A DNA stretch of 64,000 nucleotides from an uncultured bacterium. GTDB lineage: Bacteria > Oederibacteriota > Oederibacteriia > Oederibacteriales > Oederibacteriaceae. The notes below the pieces were generated by a model. That model did not search any database, was not told the DNA's origin, and saw only the letters and a program-made list of their open reading frames with translations. Of this stretch, positions 29,668 to 38,220 are shown piece after piece (position 1 is the first letter of the stretch; each line of letters begins with the position of its first letter). The position numbers were made by a program, and so were the translations under genes. The DNA lies in contig OZ218778.1 of NCBI GenBank assembly GCA_965112635.1, positions 928,001 through 992,000 on the forward strand, given 5' to 3'.

Positions 29668-31062
29668 ATGAGGTCCAAAGCAAAATTATTAATGTTCGTT
29701 TTGGCCGTTGCCTTCAGCGGGATGGCCCTGACCAAGCCCGGAGTTTCAGTGAAGCCGCTTACCGTCAAATTCCAGGACCAGTTCGTTTATACCTCGCCGG
29801 TCGTGGCTGATCTGATGCACAACGGCTCTTTTGAGATCATCGCGGCGGGCACCCAGCAGGTCTATGTCCTGAATCCCGACCTTACGGCCCTGGACGGCTG
29901 GCCCAAGGAACTTTTGAGGACCGAGGGAGTATCCGTGTGCGGCACCCCGGCTGTCGGGGATGTCGAGGGGACCGGACACGAAGACATCGTGGCGGTCACC
30001 AAAGGGGACGGCGGGATCCTCAAAGTGTTCGTCTGGGACTACCAGGGCATCGTGGTGCCGGGATGGCCGCAGACCGTCAGGGGCATCATTGATTACGGCG
30101 CGTCGCCGGTCATCGCGGACCTGGAAGGGAACGGCAAAAAGGAGATCATTTTCACGGCGAGCCTGCCGGAAGCCAACGGTAACCCCGGCGTGGTCTATGT
30201 TTTCCAAAGCAACGGCAAGGTCTATCCAGGATGGCCCCAGCAGGTACCGCCCGTGCAGGGGAGTTCCCAGTGGCTTTCGACCCCGGCGGTAGGCCCCCTG
30301 GAAAAAGGGGATAGTCCGGCCATTATTGTCGCCACCATCAACGGCCAGGTCCTGGCGTGGGATCCTACAGGCAAACCGTTGGAGCACTGGCCTGTGCAGG
30401 CCGAGCGGGGGGACCGGTTCTACGTGGCCCCTATCCTGGCGGATATCGACAGGGACGGTTCCATGGAAATAGTGGTGGGCTCGTGCAACGACAACCAGGA
30501 AGGCAATTTTTACGTATGGCGCAGCGACGGCAGTCCGGCCAAAGGCTGGCCCCGCCGTGTCCCCAGCAACATCCAGTCCGAGGCTGCCGTGGGCGACCTG
30601 GAGGGCGACGGAGGGATAGACATCGTGTTCGGGACCAATGTCGGGTCCAGGGTCTACGCGTTCAGGGCCAACGGGCTGATGGTCAAAGGATGGCCGCAGA
30701 AAAAAGGCGAGAGTTATTTTTGCAACTATCCCATCCTGGTGGACCTCAAAGGCGAATCCAAATCCAGCGTGATCATCGGGGCCATGGACCAAAAGATATT
30801 TAATTTCCAGAGCGACGGGAACCTGGCGCCCGGCTGGCCGCAATTGCTGGGCGAACAAAATTCCAGCTTGAGGGCTCCCGCCGTTGCCACGAGGGAACAG
30901 GACCGCTATTACAGCCTGGTCTACCTGGCGAACGATAGTATCTCGCTATGGAAGATGCCCAAACCGCATTTAAAGAAAGGCAAAAAGTCAAAAACTCCTG
31001 ATTGGCCGATGTTCCGCTACTCGCCGGATCACGCGGGTGTATGGCCGCTGACCGAGAAATAG
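29668..31062 (+). CDS. Secreted FG-GAP/VCBS repeat beta-propeller
   Basis: Repeated P.(V/I)(A/G)D(L/I).G.G..EI...GWP units; signal peptide. Confidence 0.85.
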   Translation: MRSKAKLLMFVLAVAFSGMALTKPGVSVKPLTVKFQDQFVYTSPVVADLMHNGSFEIIAAGTQQVYVLNPDLTALDGWPKELLRTEGVSVCGTPAVGDVEGTGHEDIVAVTKGDGGILKVFVWDYQGIVVPGWPQTVRGIIDYGASPVIADLEGNGKKEIIFTASLPEANGNPGVVYVFQSNGKVYPGWPQQVPPVQGSSQWLSTPAVGPLEKGDSPAIIVATINGQVLAWDPTGKPLEHWPVQAERGDRFYVAPILADIDRDGSMEIVVGSCNDNQEGNFYVWRSDGSPAKGWPRRVPSNIQSEAAVGDLEGDGGIDIVFGTNVGSRVYAFRANGLMVKGWPQKKGESYFCNYPILVDLKGESKSSVIIGAMDQKIFNFQSDGNLAPGWPQLLGEQNSSLRAPAVATREQDRYYSLVYLANDSISLWKMPKPHLKKGKKSKTPDWPMFRYSPDHAGVWPLTEK

Positions 31063-31064
31063 CC

Positions 31065-31871
31065 GTGCGCCTCGGAATCTCCTCGCTATTCGCAGAAAAT
31101 CTCCCCCTCTTCGATTATTTCCCTTATTTACAAACCGCAGGGATATCCCTCCTGGAGGTCTATTGTTACGGCTATCCCTCCTCTTTGGATGAGGAGTATT
31201 GGAAAACCTTTGCCAGGAAACTCAATGAAAACAATCTCCAGGTCTATTCTTTCCATACCCCGTTTGTAAAGGATGTCTCGTCGGTCGTGGCTTCCAGCAG
31301 GGAGGAGGCAGTCCGGGATATCCAAAAGAGCCTGGTTGCGGCCAAATTTTTGGGAGCACAGTTCGTCATCGTTCACCCGGGAGTTTCCTGTGACCAAGAT
31401 GAAAGAAAAGCCAAGGAGCAGGCGAGCCTCAAGAGCTTAAAGCAAATTTATTTTGACTGCCGGGAAAAAGGGCTGAAAATGGCAGTGGAAAACATGCCGC
31501 TGGGTTATGTGGGAGGCGGGCTGGAGGGCCTGGCCCTGATCATGGAAGGGCTGCCCACGCCGGTGGGAGTGTGCCTGGACGCGGGCCATGCGTTCCTGGC
31601 CAATACCCCGCCGGAAAAGTTCGTGCAGTATTTCGGCCCAAGGCTTTACACCCTGCATTTACACGATAATAACGGCATGGAAGACCAGCATTTTTTGCCC
31701 GGAGAGGGTAAAATAAGATGGCCCGAATTTATTGAGGAGCTCAAACGAAACGGGTTCAAGGGCGTCTTGATGATGGAAGTAGGGAATTATAAGGATCCAA
31801 AGGAGATCATACGCCGGGTCAAGAGCATTGAGGACGATTTTTTGACCGGCCAAAGGGAGGTTAGGCTATGA
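31065..31871 (+). CDS. Sugar phosphate isomerase/epimerase (xylose isomerase-like TIM barrel)
   Basis: VENMP, CLDAGH and HLHDN.G.ED.H..PGEG motifs. Confidence 0.85.
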   Translation: MRLGISSLFAENLPLFDYFPYLQTAGISLLEVYCYGYPSSLDEEYWKTFARKLNENNLQVYSFHTPFVKDVSSVVASSREEAVRDIQKSLVAAKFLGAQFVIVHPGVSCDQDERKAKEQASLKSLKQIYFDCREKGLKMAVENMPLGYVGGGLEGLALIMEGLPTPVGVCLDAGHAFLANTPPEKFVQYFGPRLYTLHLHDNNGMEDQHFLPGEGKIRWPEFIEELKRNGFKGVLMMEVGNYKDPKEIIRRVKSIEDDFLTGQREVRL

Positions 31872-32587
31872 GACCGGACGGCAGGATGCCGGAAAAAATG
31901 AGAGAGGTCAAGATCCAGCGCGGGTTCCTGGCGCATGCGGAAGGGTCTGTATTAGTGGAGATCGGGACGACCAAAGTGATTTGCGCGGTCACGGTAGAGG
32001 AAAAGGCGCCGATGTTCCTGGAAGGCACGGGAAAAGGGTGGGTCACCGCGGAGTACGGCATGCTGCCGCGTTCCACGCAGACCCGCAGTCCCCGGGAAGC
32101 CAGCCGGGGCAAGGTAGGCGGCAGGACCCATGAGATCCAGCGTTTGATCGGCCGGTCTTTGCGCGCGGTCACGGACCTCAAGGCTGTGGGAGACCATACC
32201 CTGGTCGTGGACTGCGACGTGCTGCAGGCGGACGGGGGCACCCGCACGGCCTCCATCACCGGTTCTTTTGTGGCCCTGTATGACGCCTTCCTGTTCATGA
32301 AACAACAAGGGGTCATTAAAAAGATCCCCTTACTGGACTATGTGGCGGCCACCAGCGTGGGAATTTTGGACGGAAAAAATATTCTGGACCTGTGCTACGC
32401 CGAGGACTCCAAGGCCGAGGTGGACATGAACGTGGTGATGACCGGAAAGGGGCAGTTCGTGGAGGTGCAGGGCACCGCCGAGCGGAACCCTTTCAGCGGC
32501 GAGCAATTGCAGGCGCTCCTCAAGCTGGCTGGCAGCGGTATCCAGGAACTGGTCGGGGTCCAGAAAAAGCTGATCGGGGAGCTGTAA
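31868..32587 (+). CDS. rph: Ribonuclease PH
   Basis: [22 protein letters not shown] and [16 protein letters not shown] motifs. Confidence 0.97.
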   Translation: MRPDGRMPEKMREVKIQRGFLAHAEGSVLVEIGTTKVICAVTVEEKAPMFLEGTGKGWVTAEYGMLPRSTQTRSPREASRGKVGGRTHEIQRLIGRSLRAVTDLKAVGDHTLVVDCDVLQADGGTRTASITGSFVALYDAFLFMKQQGVIKKIPLLDYVAATSVGILDGKNILDLCYAEDSKAEVDMNVVMTGKGQFVEVQGTAERNPFSGEQLQALLKLAGSGIQELVGVQKKLIGEL

Positions 32588-32591
32588 GGTC

Positions 32592-33200
32592 TTGAAAAAA
32601 ACCGGTCTTGTCCTGGCCACCCGTAATAAGCACAAGGTCTCGGAGATCAAAGCCATCCTCAAGGGGTTTCCGGTCAAGGTCTTTACCACCCTGGATTTTC
32701 CCAGGCTTAAAGAGGTTAAGGAAGACGGCAAAACCCTCGAGGCGAACTCGGCCAAAAAAGCATTGAGCGTCGCCAAACAGACCGGGATGATGGCCCTGGC
32801 GGACGACACGGGGTTGTTTGTGCAGGCTTTGAAGGAAGCGCCGGGGGTCTATTCCGCCCGTTTTGCCGGGCCTGACTGCGATTACGCGAAAAACAACCAA
32901 AAACTTTTAAAGCTTTTAGGAGATCTCCCCTCTTATAAAAGAAAAGCGGTGTTCAGCTGTGTCATCACCCTGGCCTTTCCAGACGGCAAGGTCAGGTCCG
33001 TAAGGGGAGACCTCAAAGGCCGGATAGCCTTTGAGGAAAAAGGGAAGAACGGGTTTGGTTATGACCCGGTTTTCGTAGTACCCAGGTACAAGAAAACTTT
33101 TAGCCAGCTGAGCACTTCATTAAAGAACAGGGTCAGCCACCGCAGCCTGGCTTTAATGAAAATGAAAAAAGTTTTGAAGAGATTGTGCTTTTCAAGATAA
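32592..33200 (+). CDS. rdgB: Non-canonical purine NTP pyrophosphatase (RdgB/HAM1)
   Basis: ATRNKHK, ADDTGL, GFGYDPVF and SHR motifs; TTG start. Confidence 0.95.
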   Translation: MKKTGLVLATRNKHKVSEIKAILKGFPVKVFTTLDFPRLKEVKEDGKTLEANSAKKALSVAKQTGMMALADDTGLFVQALKEAPGVYSARFAGPDCDYAKNNQKLLKLLGDLPSYKRKAVFSCVITLAFPDGKVRSVRGDLKGRIAFEEKGKNGFGYDPVFVVPRYKKTFSQLSTSLKNRVSHRSLALMKMKKVLKRLCFSR

Positions 33201-33201
33201 T

Positions 33202-33299
33202 GTCGGGGCAGCACGTTGTGCGCCCCTCACCTCGGTTATTATGTTTTTTAAAGAAAGTCGGGGTCAGCACGGTGTGCGCCCCGACTCTTTGGTTATTAT
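33202..33299 (+). repeat. Two tandem ~45-bp imperfect repeats, each forming a GC hairpin (REP-like or tRNA-acceptor-like)
   Basis: GTCGGGGCAGCACGTTGTGCGCCCC..GGTTATTAT at 33202 and GTCGGGGTCAGCACGGTGTGCGCCCCGAC..GGTTATTAT at 33257. Confidence 0.75.
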
Positions 33300-33334
33300 C
33301 ATCATGCCTACGGCATGATAAACAATGGTAGAGT

Positions 33335-33373
33335 CGGGGCGTAGCGCAGTTGGCTAGCGCACCTGCTTTGGGA
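33335..33373 (+). tRNA. 5' half of tRNA-Pro(TGG), truncated at the end of the anticodon loop
   Basis: CGGGGCG TA GCGC AGTTGGCTA GCGC A CCTGC TTTGGGA; the expected GCAGG, T-arm (TTCRA) and CGCCCCG do not follow. Confidence 0.88.
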
Positions 33374-33500
33374 TTAATGATGTGCCAGTTTAGGGCTGTC
33401 TCACCCGACTAGACAAAAATCTTTGTCCTGGACAGAGAAATATAGGCCTTTGTTTGTAAGGAGATTTTGATACCTTCAAGCAGAGGCCTTTTTCTTTGTG

Positions 33501-33569
33501 ATGGGTAGTAATGGGTAGTGACGGGAAAAGATGGTAAAAAATGGAAACGAATGACACGGATATGACACG
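33501..33569 (+). repeat. 10-bp phased repeats plus a tandem ATGACACG direct repeat; putative integrase-arm/Xis binding sites
   Basis: ATGGGTAGTA ATGGGTAGTG ACGGGAAAAG ATGGTAAAAA ATGGAAACGA, then ATGACACG at 33551 and 33562. Confidence 0.55.
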
Positions 33570-33878
33570 CTAACGCACCTGACTTTATGTCATTTGCACA
33601 AGCAAAGAATTATGTAGAGAGAAAATTTATGATTATGGTGATCATAAAATGGACACCTCTTTATTTGATCCCTTACTAACCTGGAAAGGATTTACGTAAT
33701 AATTCTCTGGAATTTGGTTCATTTGGTTCTGTTGATTCATTCTTCTTGATCTATAAAGGTTTAATGAATGAATCAAACCTTGAACTAAATTTACTTGCTT
33801 ACTGCTTTGAAAAACCTCCCATTTGACAAGGCCTTATTTAGGTATTACAATGTAATAGTAGGTTAGAAAGGACTATTT

Positions 33879-34214
33879 TTGGAAAATTTATATACTTTCA
33901 TTGAAACACCTATTTTCAGCAAACAGATAGACAAGATGAGAGACAAAGGGCTCCTTCTAGCTATTCAGGAGGAACTGGCAAATAACCCGGAATGTGGAAC
34001 TTTAATCAAGGGTGGAATGAGGAAGGTAAGGATTGCTTCTCCGGCCCGTAGAGAAGGTAAAAGGGGAGGTTACCGCTCTTGGTTTTTCTTCCATAGGGGC
34101 AAAGATACTTTTTACCTGTTGTTTCTTCTGGATAAGAAGGAAGCAGGGAATTTAAGCCATGATCAAGAGAATATTGTTGAGCAAGATTTGAGGGAAGTTT
34201 TAAGGCATCTATAA
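33879..34214 (+). CDS. RelE/HigB-family toxin
   Basis: FIETPIFSK, NPECG.LI.GG.RKVR and GKRGGYR motifs; toxin-first gene order. Confidence 0.88.
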   Translation: MENLYTFIETPIFSKQIDKMRDKGLLLAIQEELANNPECGTLIKGGMRKVRIASPARREGKRGGYRSWFFFHRGKDTFYLLFLLDKKEAGNLSHDQENIVEQDLREVLRHL

Positions 34215-34230
34215 CAGACAAGGGGGAAAT

Positions 34231-34554
34231 ATGGCTAACCGTAAGATGAGTGATAAAGATTTCAATGGATTAAGAGAAAGTATTCATCAGTTTGGTGAAA
34301 TACTTAAGGGCAAAAAGCTTGCTGGAATGAGAGCCAGTATCCATCCCAAGCCTTTGACGCCAGAGGAGATACGAAAAATCAGAACAAAGGTTCTACATGT
34401 TTCTCAAGAAGATTTTGCAGGGATTGTAGGAGAAAGCCTGAGTGCTGTTCGTATGTGGGAGCAAGGGCATCGTAATCCAAGTGGTGCTGTATCGAAGATT
34501 GTTCGGTTGCTGAAAGTACATCCAGAGCGAGCACGTGAATTAATGTTAGTTTAA
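34231..34554 (+). CDS. HigA-like XRE HTH antitoxin
   Basis: SQEDFA...SAVRMWEQG.R.PSG HTH; follows the toxin. Confidence 0.87.
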   Translation: MANRKMSDKDFNGLRESIHQFGEILKGKKLAGMRASIHPKPLTPEEIRKIRTKVLHVSQEDFAGIVGESLSAVRMWEQGHRNPSGAVSKIVRLLKVHPERARELMLV

Positions 34555-34647
34555 TATTTACAGTGTTACCTGTGATCTCCTTCTAATCTACAGCAGCCGG
34601 AATGCTATTTTTATTGGACTAGCGAATGTAATAGGTACCGTATTGGG

Positions 34648-34836
34648 TTAACTATCAACCTTATCTTTTTCCTGAGTACAAGAACTTTGTTCTCTCGCCA
34701 CTGTCTTACAAACTACCTCAATAAATCTAATTAACGCAGATCCACTTTTATAAGCCTCTTCCTTACTTATTTCTACTCCATAATATTTTTTATGAATTTC
34801 CTGATACTTCGCTATATCTTCATCACTTAATATCAT
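34648..34836 (-). CDS. Small helical hypothetical protein
   Basis: 62-aa ORF with AAAGGT RBS; MILSDEDI..YQ....G.EIS.EEA pattern. Confidence 0.65.
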   Translation of the reverse strand: MILSDEDIAKYQEIHKKYYGVEISKEEAYKSGSALIRFIEVVCKTVAREQSSCTQEKDKVDS

Positions 34837-35001
34837 TTTTTACCTTTCTTAACCTAGTTTTAAGAACTAATTATGATTAAGGATAGCAAGTATTTCAAAA
34901 GGCCTTCATAATTATTCCGGTAGTATTCATAAAAACCCATGTTATACTTTACTTATAGAAAGTAAAACATTTACAATTATTGTAATACTAGGAGGTGGGC
35001 G

Positions 35002-35250
35002 ATGTCGGCGGTGAAAATATCCACTAAAGGACAGGTAGTCATACCGTACGGGCTTCGGGAAAAGTACGGATTTAAGCCGGGTGTCATGGTTGAAATCATG
35101 GACGGAGAAGGCAAAATAGTACTCTATCCCAAGTTCAAGGACCCGATTCAAAAAGGGCGGGGTATGCTGAAGGGAAATGACTCTTTACTGGAAGCCTTAA
35201 AAAGGTCAAGAGAGGAAGAGAAAAAGCGTGAAGAACGTTATTCTAGATAG
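35002..35250 (+). CDS. AbrB/MazE/SpoVT-family antitoxin (VapB)
   Basis: KISTKGQVVIP..LREKYG..PG motif; AGGAGG RBS. Confidence 0.9.
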   Translation: MSAVKISTKGQVVIPYGLREKYGFKPGVMVEIMDGEGKIVLYPKFKDPIQKGRGMLKGNDSLLEALKRSREEEKKREERYSR

Positions 35251-35629
35251 CTGGGCGTTGATCTCTTTTTTTGAAAATGATAAATATGCATTATTGGTTG
35301 AGCACATCCTCCAAAAAGCCAAAAACAAAGAGATACATGCCTCAATGTGTTCGGTCAATATGGGAGAGGTATATTATATCGTGGAAAACCGCAGGGGCGT
35401 TGATAGCGCCGAGGAAATGCTGGCGATTTTGGAACAATTACCCGTTGAAATAGTGCCCGCTGATTATCAGGTTTGCTTGGATGCCGCGAGAATCAAGGCG
35501 AGATACTCATTGCCGTACGCGGATTCTTTTGTTACTAGCTTGGCCAGGAGCAGAGAGGGACATATCTTGACCGGCGATCCAGATTTTAAAAAGGTAGAGC
35601 AAATCGTTAAAATCGATTGGTTAAAATAA
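35228..35629 (+). CDS. VapC PIN-domain toxin
   Basis: VILDSWALI, NMGEVYY, YADSF and TGDPDFK motifs; overlaps the antitoxin. Confidence 0.92.
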   Translation: MKNVILDSWALISFFENDKYALLVEHILQKAKNKEIHASMCSVNMGEVYYIVENRRGVDSAEEMLAILEQLPVEIVPADYQVCLDAARIKARYSLPYADSFVTSLARSREGHILTGDPDFKKVEQIVKIDWLK

Positions 35630-35709
35630 TATCCGCCTAGGGCGCACTTCATTGTTGGTTTATGGCTACGGCCTTTTGAATATTGTTACTCCGAAGGAGG
35701 TCATGGGCG

Positions 35710-35901
35710 GTGAGTAAATTAGCGGTAAAAAAGAAATTTGATTGCATTGATATGAAAAGGAAAGCTCAGGAGAGAATTTACAGGGATACAAAAGACATGA
35801 CCCCCAAGCAGGAAATGGAATATATCCATAAAATGGCAAGAGAGGGAAGTGCGGGGAAAATATGGAGAAAATTTGAGGGGACCTCAGTTTTAAGCAAATA
35901 A
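35710..35901 (+). CDS. Small hypothetical protein, possible orphan antitoxin
   Basis: AAGGAGG RBS with GTG; KKFDCIDMKRKAQERIY...MT..QE..Y pattern that I recall next to PIN genes. Confidence 0.55.
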   Translation: MSKLAVKKKFDCIDMKRKAQERIYRDTKDMTPKQEMEYIHKMAREGSAGKIWRKFEGTSVLSK

Positions 35902-36048
35902 AGAGAATAAGAAAAAGTACCCATGGATGATTCCCTCTGATTTGTATCTAATTTCCTTACCTTTTTAACCTGGATAATTTAACCGAAGGCCTTCATAATT
36001 ACCTTTATAAACTTTAATAAAGCCTAGAGTGTGCTAAAGGGGGTTCTT

Positions 36049-36777
36049 ATGCTGGATCAAGATCAAACCCTTCAAAAAGTTGGGAAATGGGTAAAAAAGA
36101 CTTTGGAGGAGAGAGGCATTGAGAAAGTAGCTAAATGGGATGGGCTTGAGTATTGGGCACAAGTGGAATTATACCGATCTTTGACATGTGGAGAGCTTAA
36201 GGGTTTTAAAGGTCTTGGTGGGGGAGAAGTCCGTTACTATACAAACTATTCGTACCGTTCTAAGGATAAAGCTGGAGTTAAAGGTGCTGATTTATTAGCC
36301 ATAAGCGAGGATGATAAAGAAGCATTATGGTTTGAGCTTAAAGATTTGATGCGCTTGAGAAATAGAATAATGGCAAACTGTGCGGGGGTGGGAAAGGATT
36401 TGATGGCATTGGCTGCTTTTCATGCCAAAAAAACTTTTGATGCACTAGAAAAACCAAATGTATTTGCAAAAAACAAGGGAACAGACGGAAGAATGATAGA
36501 TGTTAAAAATGTTTTTGAGAAAGGCAAAACTCACCATAATGGTTTGATCTTAGCCCTTCAGTACAATAAACCAGATCAAAATGGAGAAACAGTATCAGGT
36601 GAAACATGCCGTATGCTTATTCAATTAGCTTACGAAAATCAAATAAAAAATCAACATCTTGAAAAATATAATTTCCCTTCTTCGCCTAAGATGAACATTG
36701 ATTATCAAACGGGGCCATTCAATATTTTATTAGGCATTGTTGAGATTGGGGTTAATAAAGCCATCGAAGGAACTTAG
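36049..36777 (+). CDS. Hypothetical protein with a putative PD-(D/E)xK nuclease fold
   Basis: E.W.QVEL ... ADLLAI ... WFELK spacing. Confidence 0.5.
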   Translation: MLDQDQTLQKVGKWVKKTLEERGIEKVAKWDGLEYWAQVELYRSLTCGELKGFKGLGGGEVRYYTNYSYRSKDKAGVKGADLLAISEDDKEALWFELKDLMRLRNRIMANCAGVGKDLMALAAFHAKKTFDALEKPNVFAKNKGTDGRMIDVKNVFEKGKTHHNGLILALQYNKPDQNGETVSGETCRMLIQLAYENQIKNQHLEKYNFPSSPKMNIDYQTGPFNILLGIVEIGVNKAIEGT

Positions 36778-36779
36778 GT

Positions 36780-38219
36780 ATGGATGAAGATATTAGTCTA
36801 AAACATCAGGAAATAGCTTCAACTAGGCTTTCTCCTTCTCGTCTTGTGCAAGCTAGCATATGCCCTCACTTTGCCTACCTAGAAAAATTCGGTAACTCAA
36901 AACTAAAGATACCTGAATCCGCTGGCAATAAACGCAGAAAAGAACAGGGTAAGGTTTGGGAATCTCAGCTTGTTTCAACTATACCTGGCATTGCTGAACC
37001 GGAATGGGACATGAAAAACCTTTCTGCTGGTTTCAAAGCCACTCTTAGCCTCATGACTCAGGGAGTTCCTCATATACATGGTGCCGTACTCATGGGCTCA
37101 GCTTTGGCAGGTATCGCGGATGTGCTCAAAAAAGTCCCTGGTCATTCTAACCTGGGGGACTATGCCTATCTGCCTATTGAGATTAAAAGCCATAAAGAGG
37201 CATCTCTTACAGATATGCTCCAAGCTACTGCTTACAGTGTTCTGTTGGAGAAAGTAATTGGAACTTTTCCTAAGCAGGCAGGCATCTGGCTAAATACAGG
37301 AAAAACTTTCTACTTTGACCCGTCTGAAAAAATAGACTATTTCAACCAAACCCGTGACCAGCTTCAGGATATCTTGGATAACAAGGTTCCGACTGAACCT
37401 ATTTGGTGCAGGATTTGTGTTAACTGTTCCTGGCTGAAGTATTGTAACCAAGCTAGAAAAGATATGGATCACCTTTCCCTTCTCCCTAGCGGTGGTAAGG
37501 GTACGGTGACAAAGTTATATGACGCAGGTATTAAGACTGTTCATCAGTTAGCTAGGATGAAATGGGATGATTTAAAAGGGAAGACTGCTATCAGCGATTC
37601 ATCTCTTGAAAAGCTATGGCTTCATGCCAAGACTAGGGTTGCTGGTAAACCTCTTATGATTAAGAAGCCTGAATTTCCTACCGGTAAGCCGATTATCTTT
37701 TACGACATCGAAACCCTTGAAGATTGCGTGATCTTACATGGGATGATTGTTTTAGATAAGGACGGTGCTAAAACCTCAAAGTTTTTCTTAGCCGAATCAC
37801 CTTCAGATGAAAAGCAGGCTTGGTATGAGTTCCTTGATTTTATGGCCTCATATAAAGACTGCGTGGTTTATACCTGGACTACCTTTGAAAATGATTACGT
37901 AGAGAAATGCTGGAAGCAGTATGGCGGTAACAAAGAAGGTTACAGTAACTTAAAAGGTGGACTTACAGATCAACTTATATGGGTTAAAGAGAGCTTCGCT
38001 TTTCCTGTGAGGAGTTATTCTATCAAAGAGGTAGCTCCTGTTTTTGGCTTCCACTGGGCAGCTGAAGATGCAGGAGGCTTGAACTGTGAGGCGTGGTACG
38101 AAGAATGGCTCGAATCACATGATGAATCATTAAAACAAAAGATTTTGGATTATAACAAGGATGATGTTGTAGCTATGGTGGTGATATATGAAGGATTGCA
38201 GAAATTAAGCCACGAATAA
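36780..38219 (+). CDS. TM0106-family RecB/Cas4-like nuclease with HhH and RNase H-like domains
   Basis: GIADVL...IEIKS...LQATAY; N-terminal CPH plus C..C..C.W...C; FYDIET...YNKDDV. Confidence 0.85.
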   Translation: MDEDISLKHQEIASTRLSPSRLVQASICPHFAYLEKFGNSKLKIPESAGNKRRKEQGKVWESQLVSTIPGIAEPEWDMKNLSAGFKATLSLMTQGVPHIHGAVLMGSALAGIADVLKKVPGHSNLGDYAYLPIEIKSHKEASLTDMLQATAYSVLLEKVIGTFPKQAGIWLNTGKTFYFDPSEKIDYFNQTRDQLQDILDNKVPTEPIWCRICVNCSWLKYCNQARKDMDHLSLLPSGGKGTVTKLYDAGIKTVHQLARMKWDDLKGKTAISDSSLEKLWLHAKTRVAGKPLMIKKPEFPTGKPIIFYDIETLEDCVILHGMIVLDKDGAKTSKFFLAESPSDEKQAWYEFLDFMASYKDCVVYTWTTFENDYVEKCWKQYGGNKEGYSNLKGGLTDQLIWVKESFAFPVRSYSIKEVAPVFGFHWAAEDAGGLNCEAWYEEWLESHDESLKQKILDYNKDDVVAMVVIYEGLQKLSHE

Positions 38220-38220
38220 C

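Noticed and set aside
165-32900. Many long antisense or alternate-frame ORFs, e.g. 25008-26144, 29746-30858 and 19828-20685
   Set aside because: They shadow well-supported genes in GC-rich DNA and carry no recognisable motifs.
33202-33341. CRISPR mini-array
   Set aside because: Only two divergent repeats, no regular spacers and no cas operon; the TM0106 nuclease is only Cas4-like.
33374-33700. Intron in tRNA-Pro, or TCACCCGACT (33401-33410) as the tRNA 3' end
   Set aside because: No 3' exon with GCAGG and a T-loop, no group I core or BHB motif seen, and only 4 of 7 acceptor pairs.
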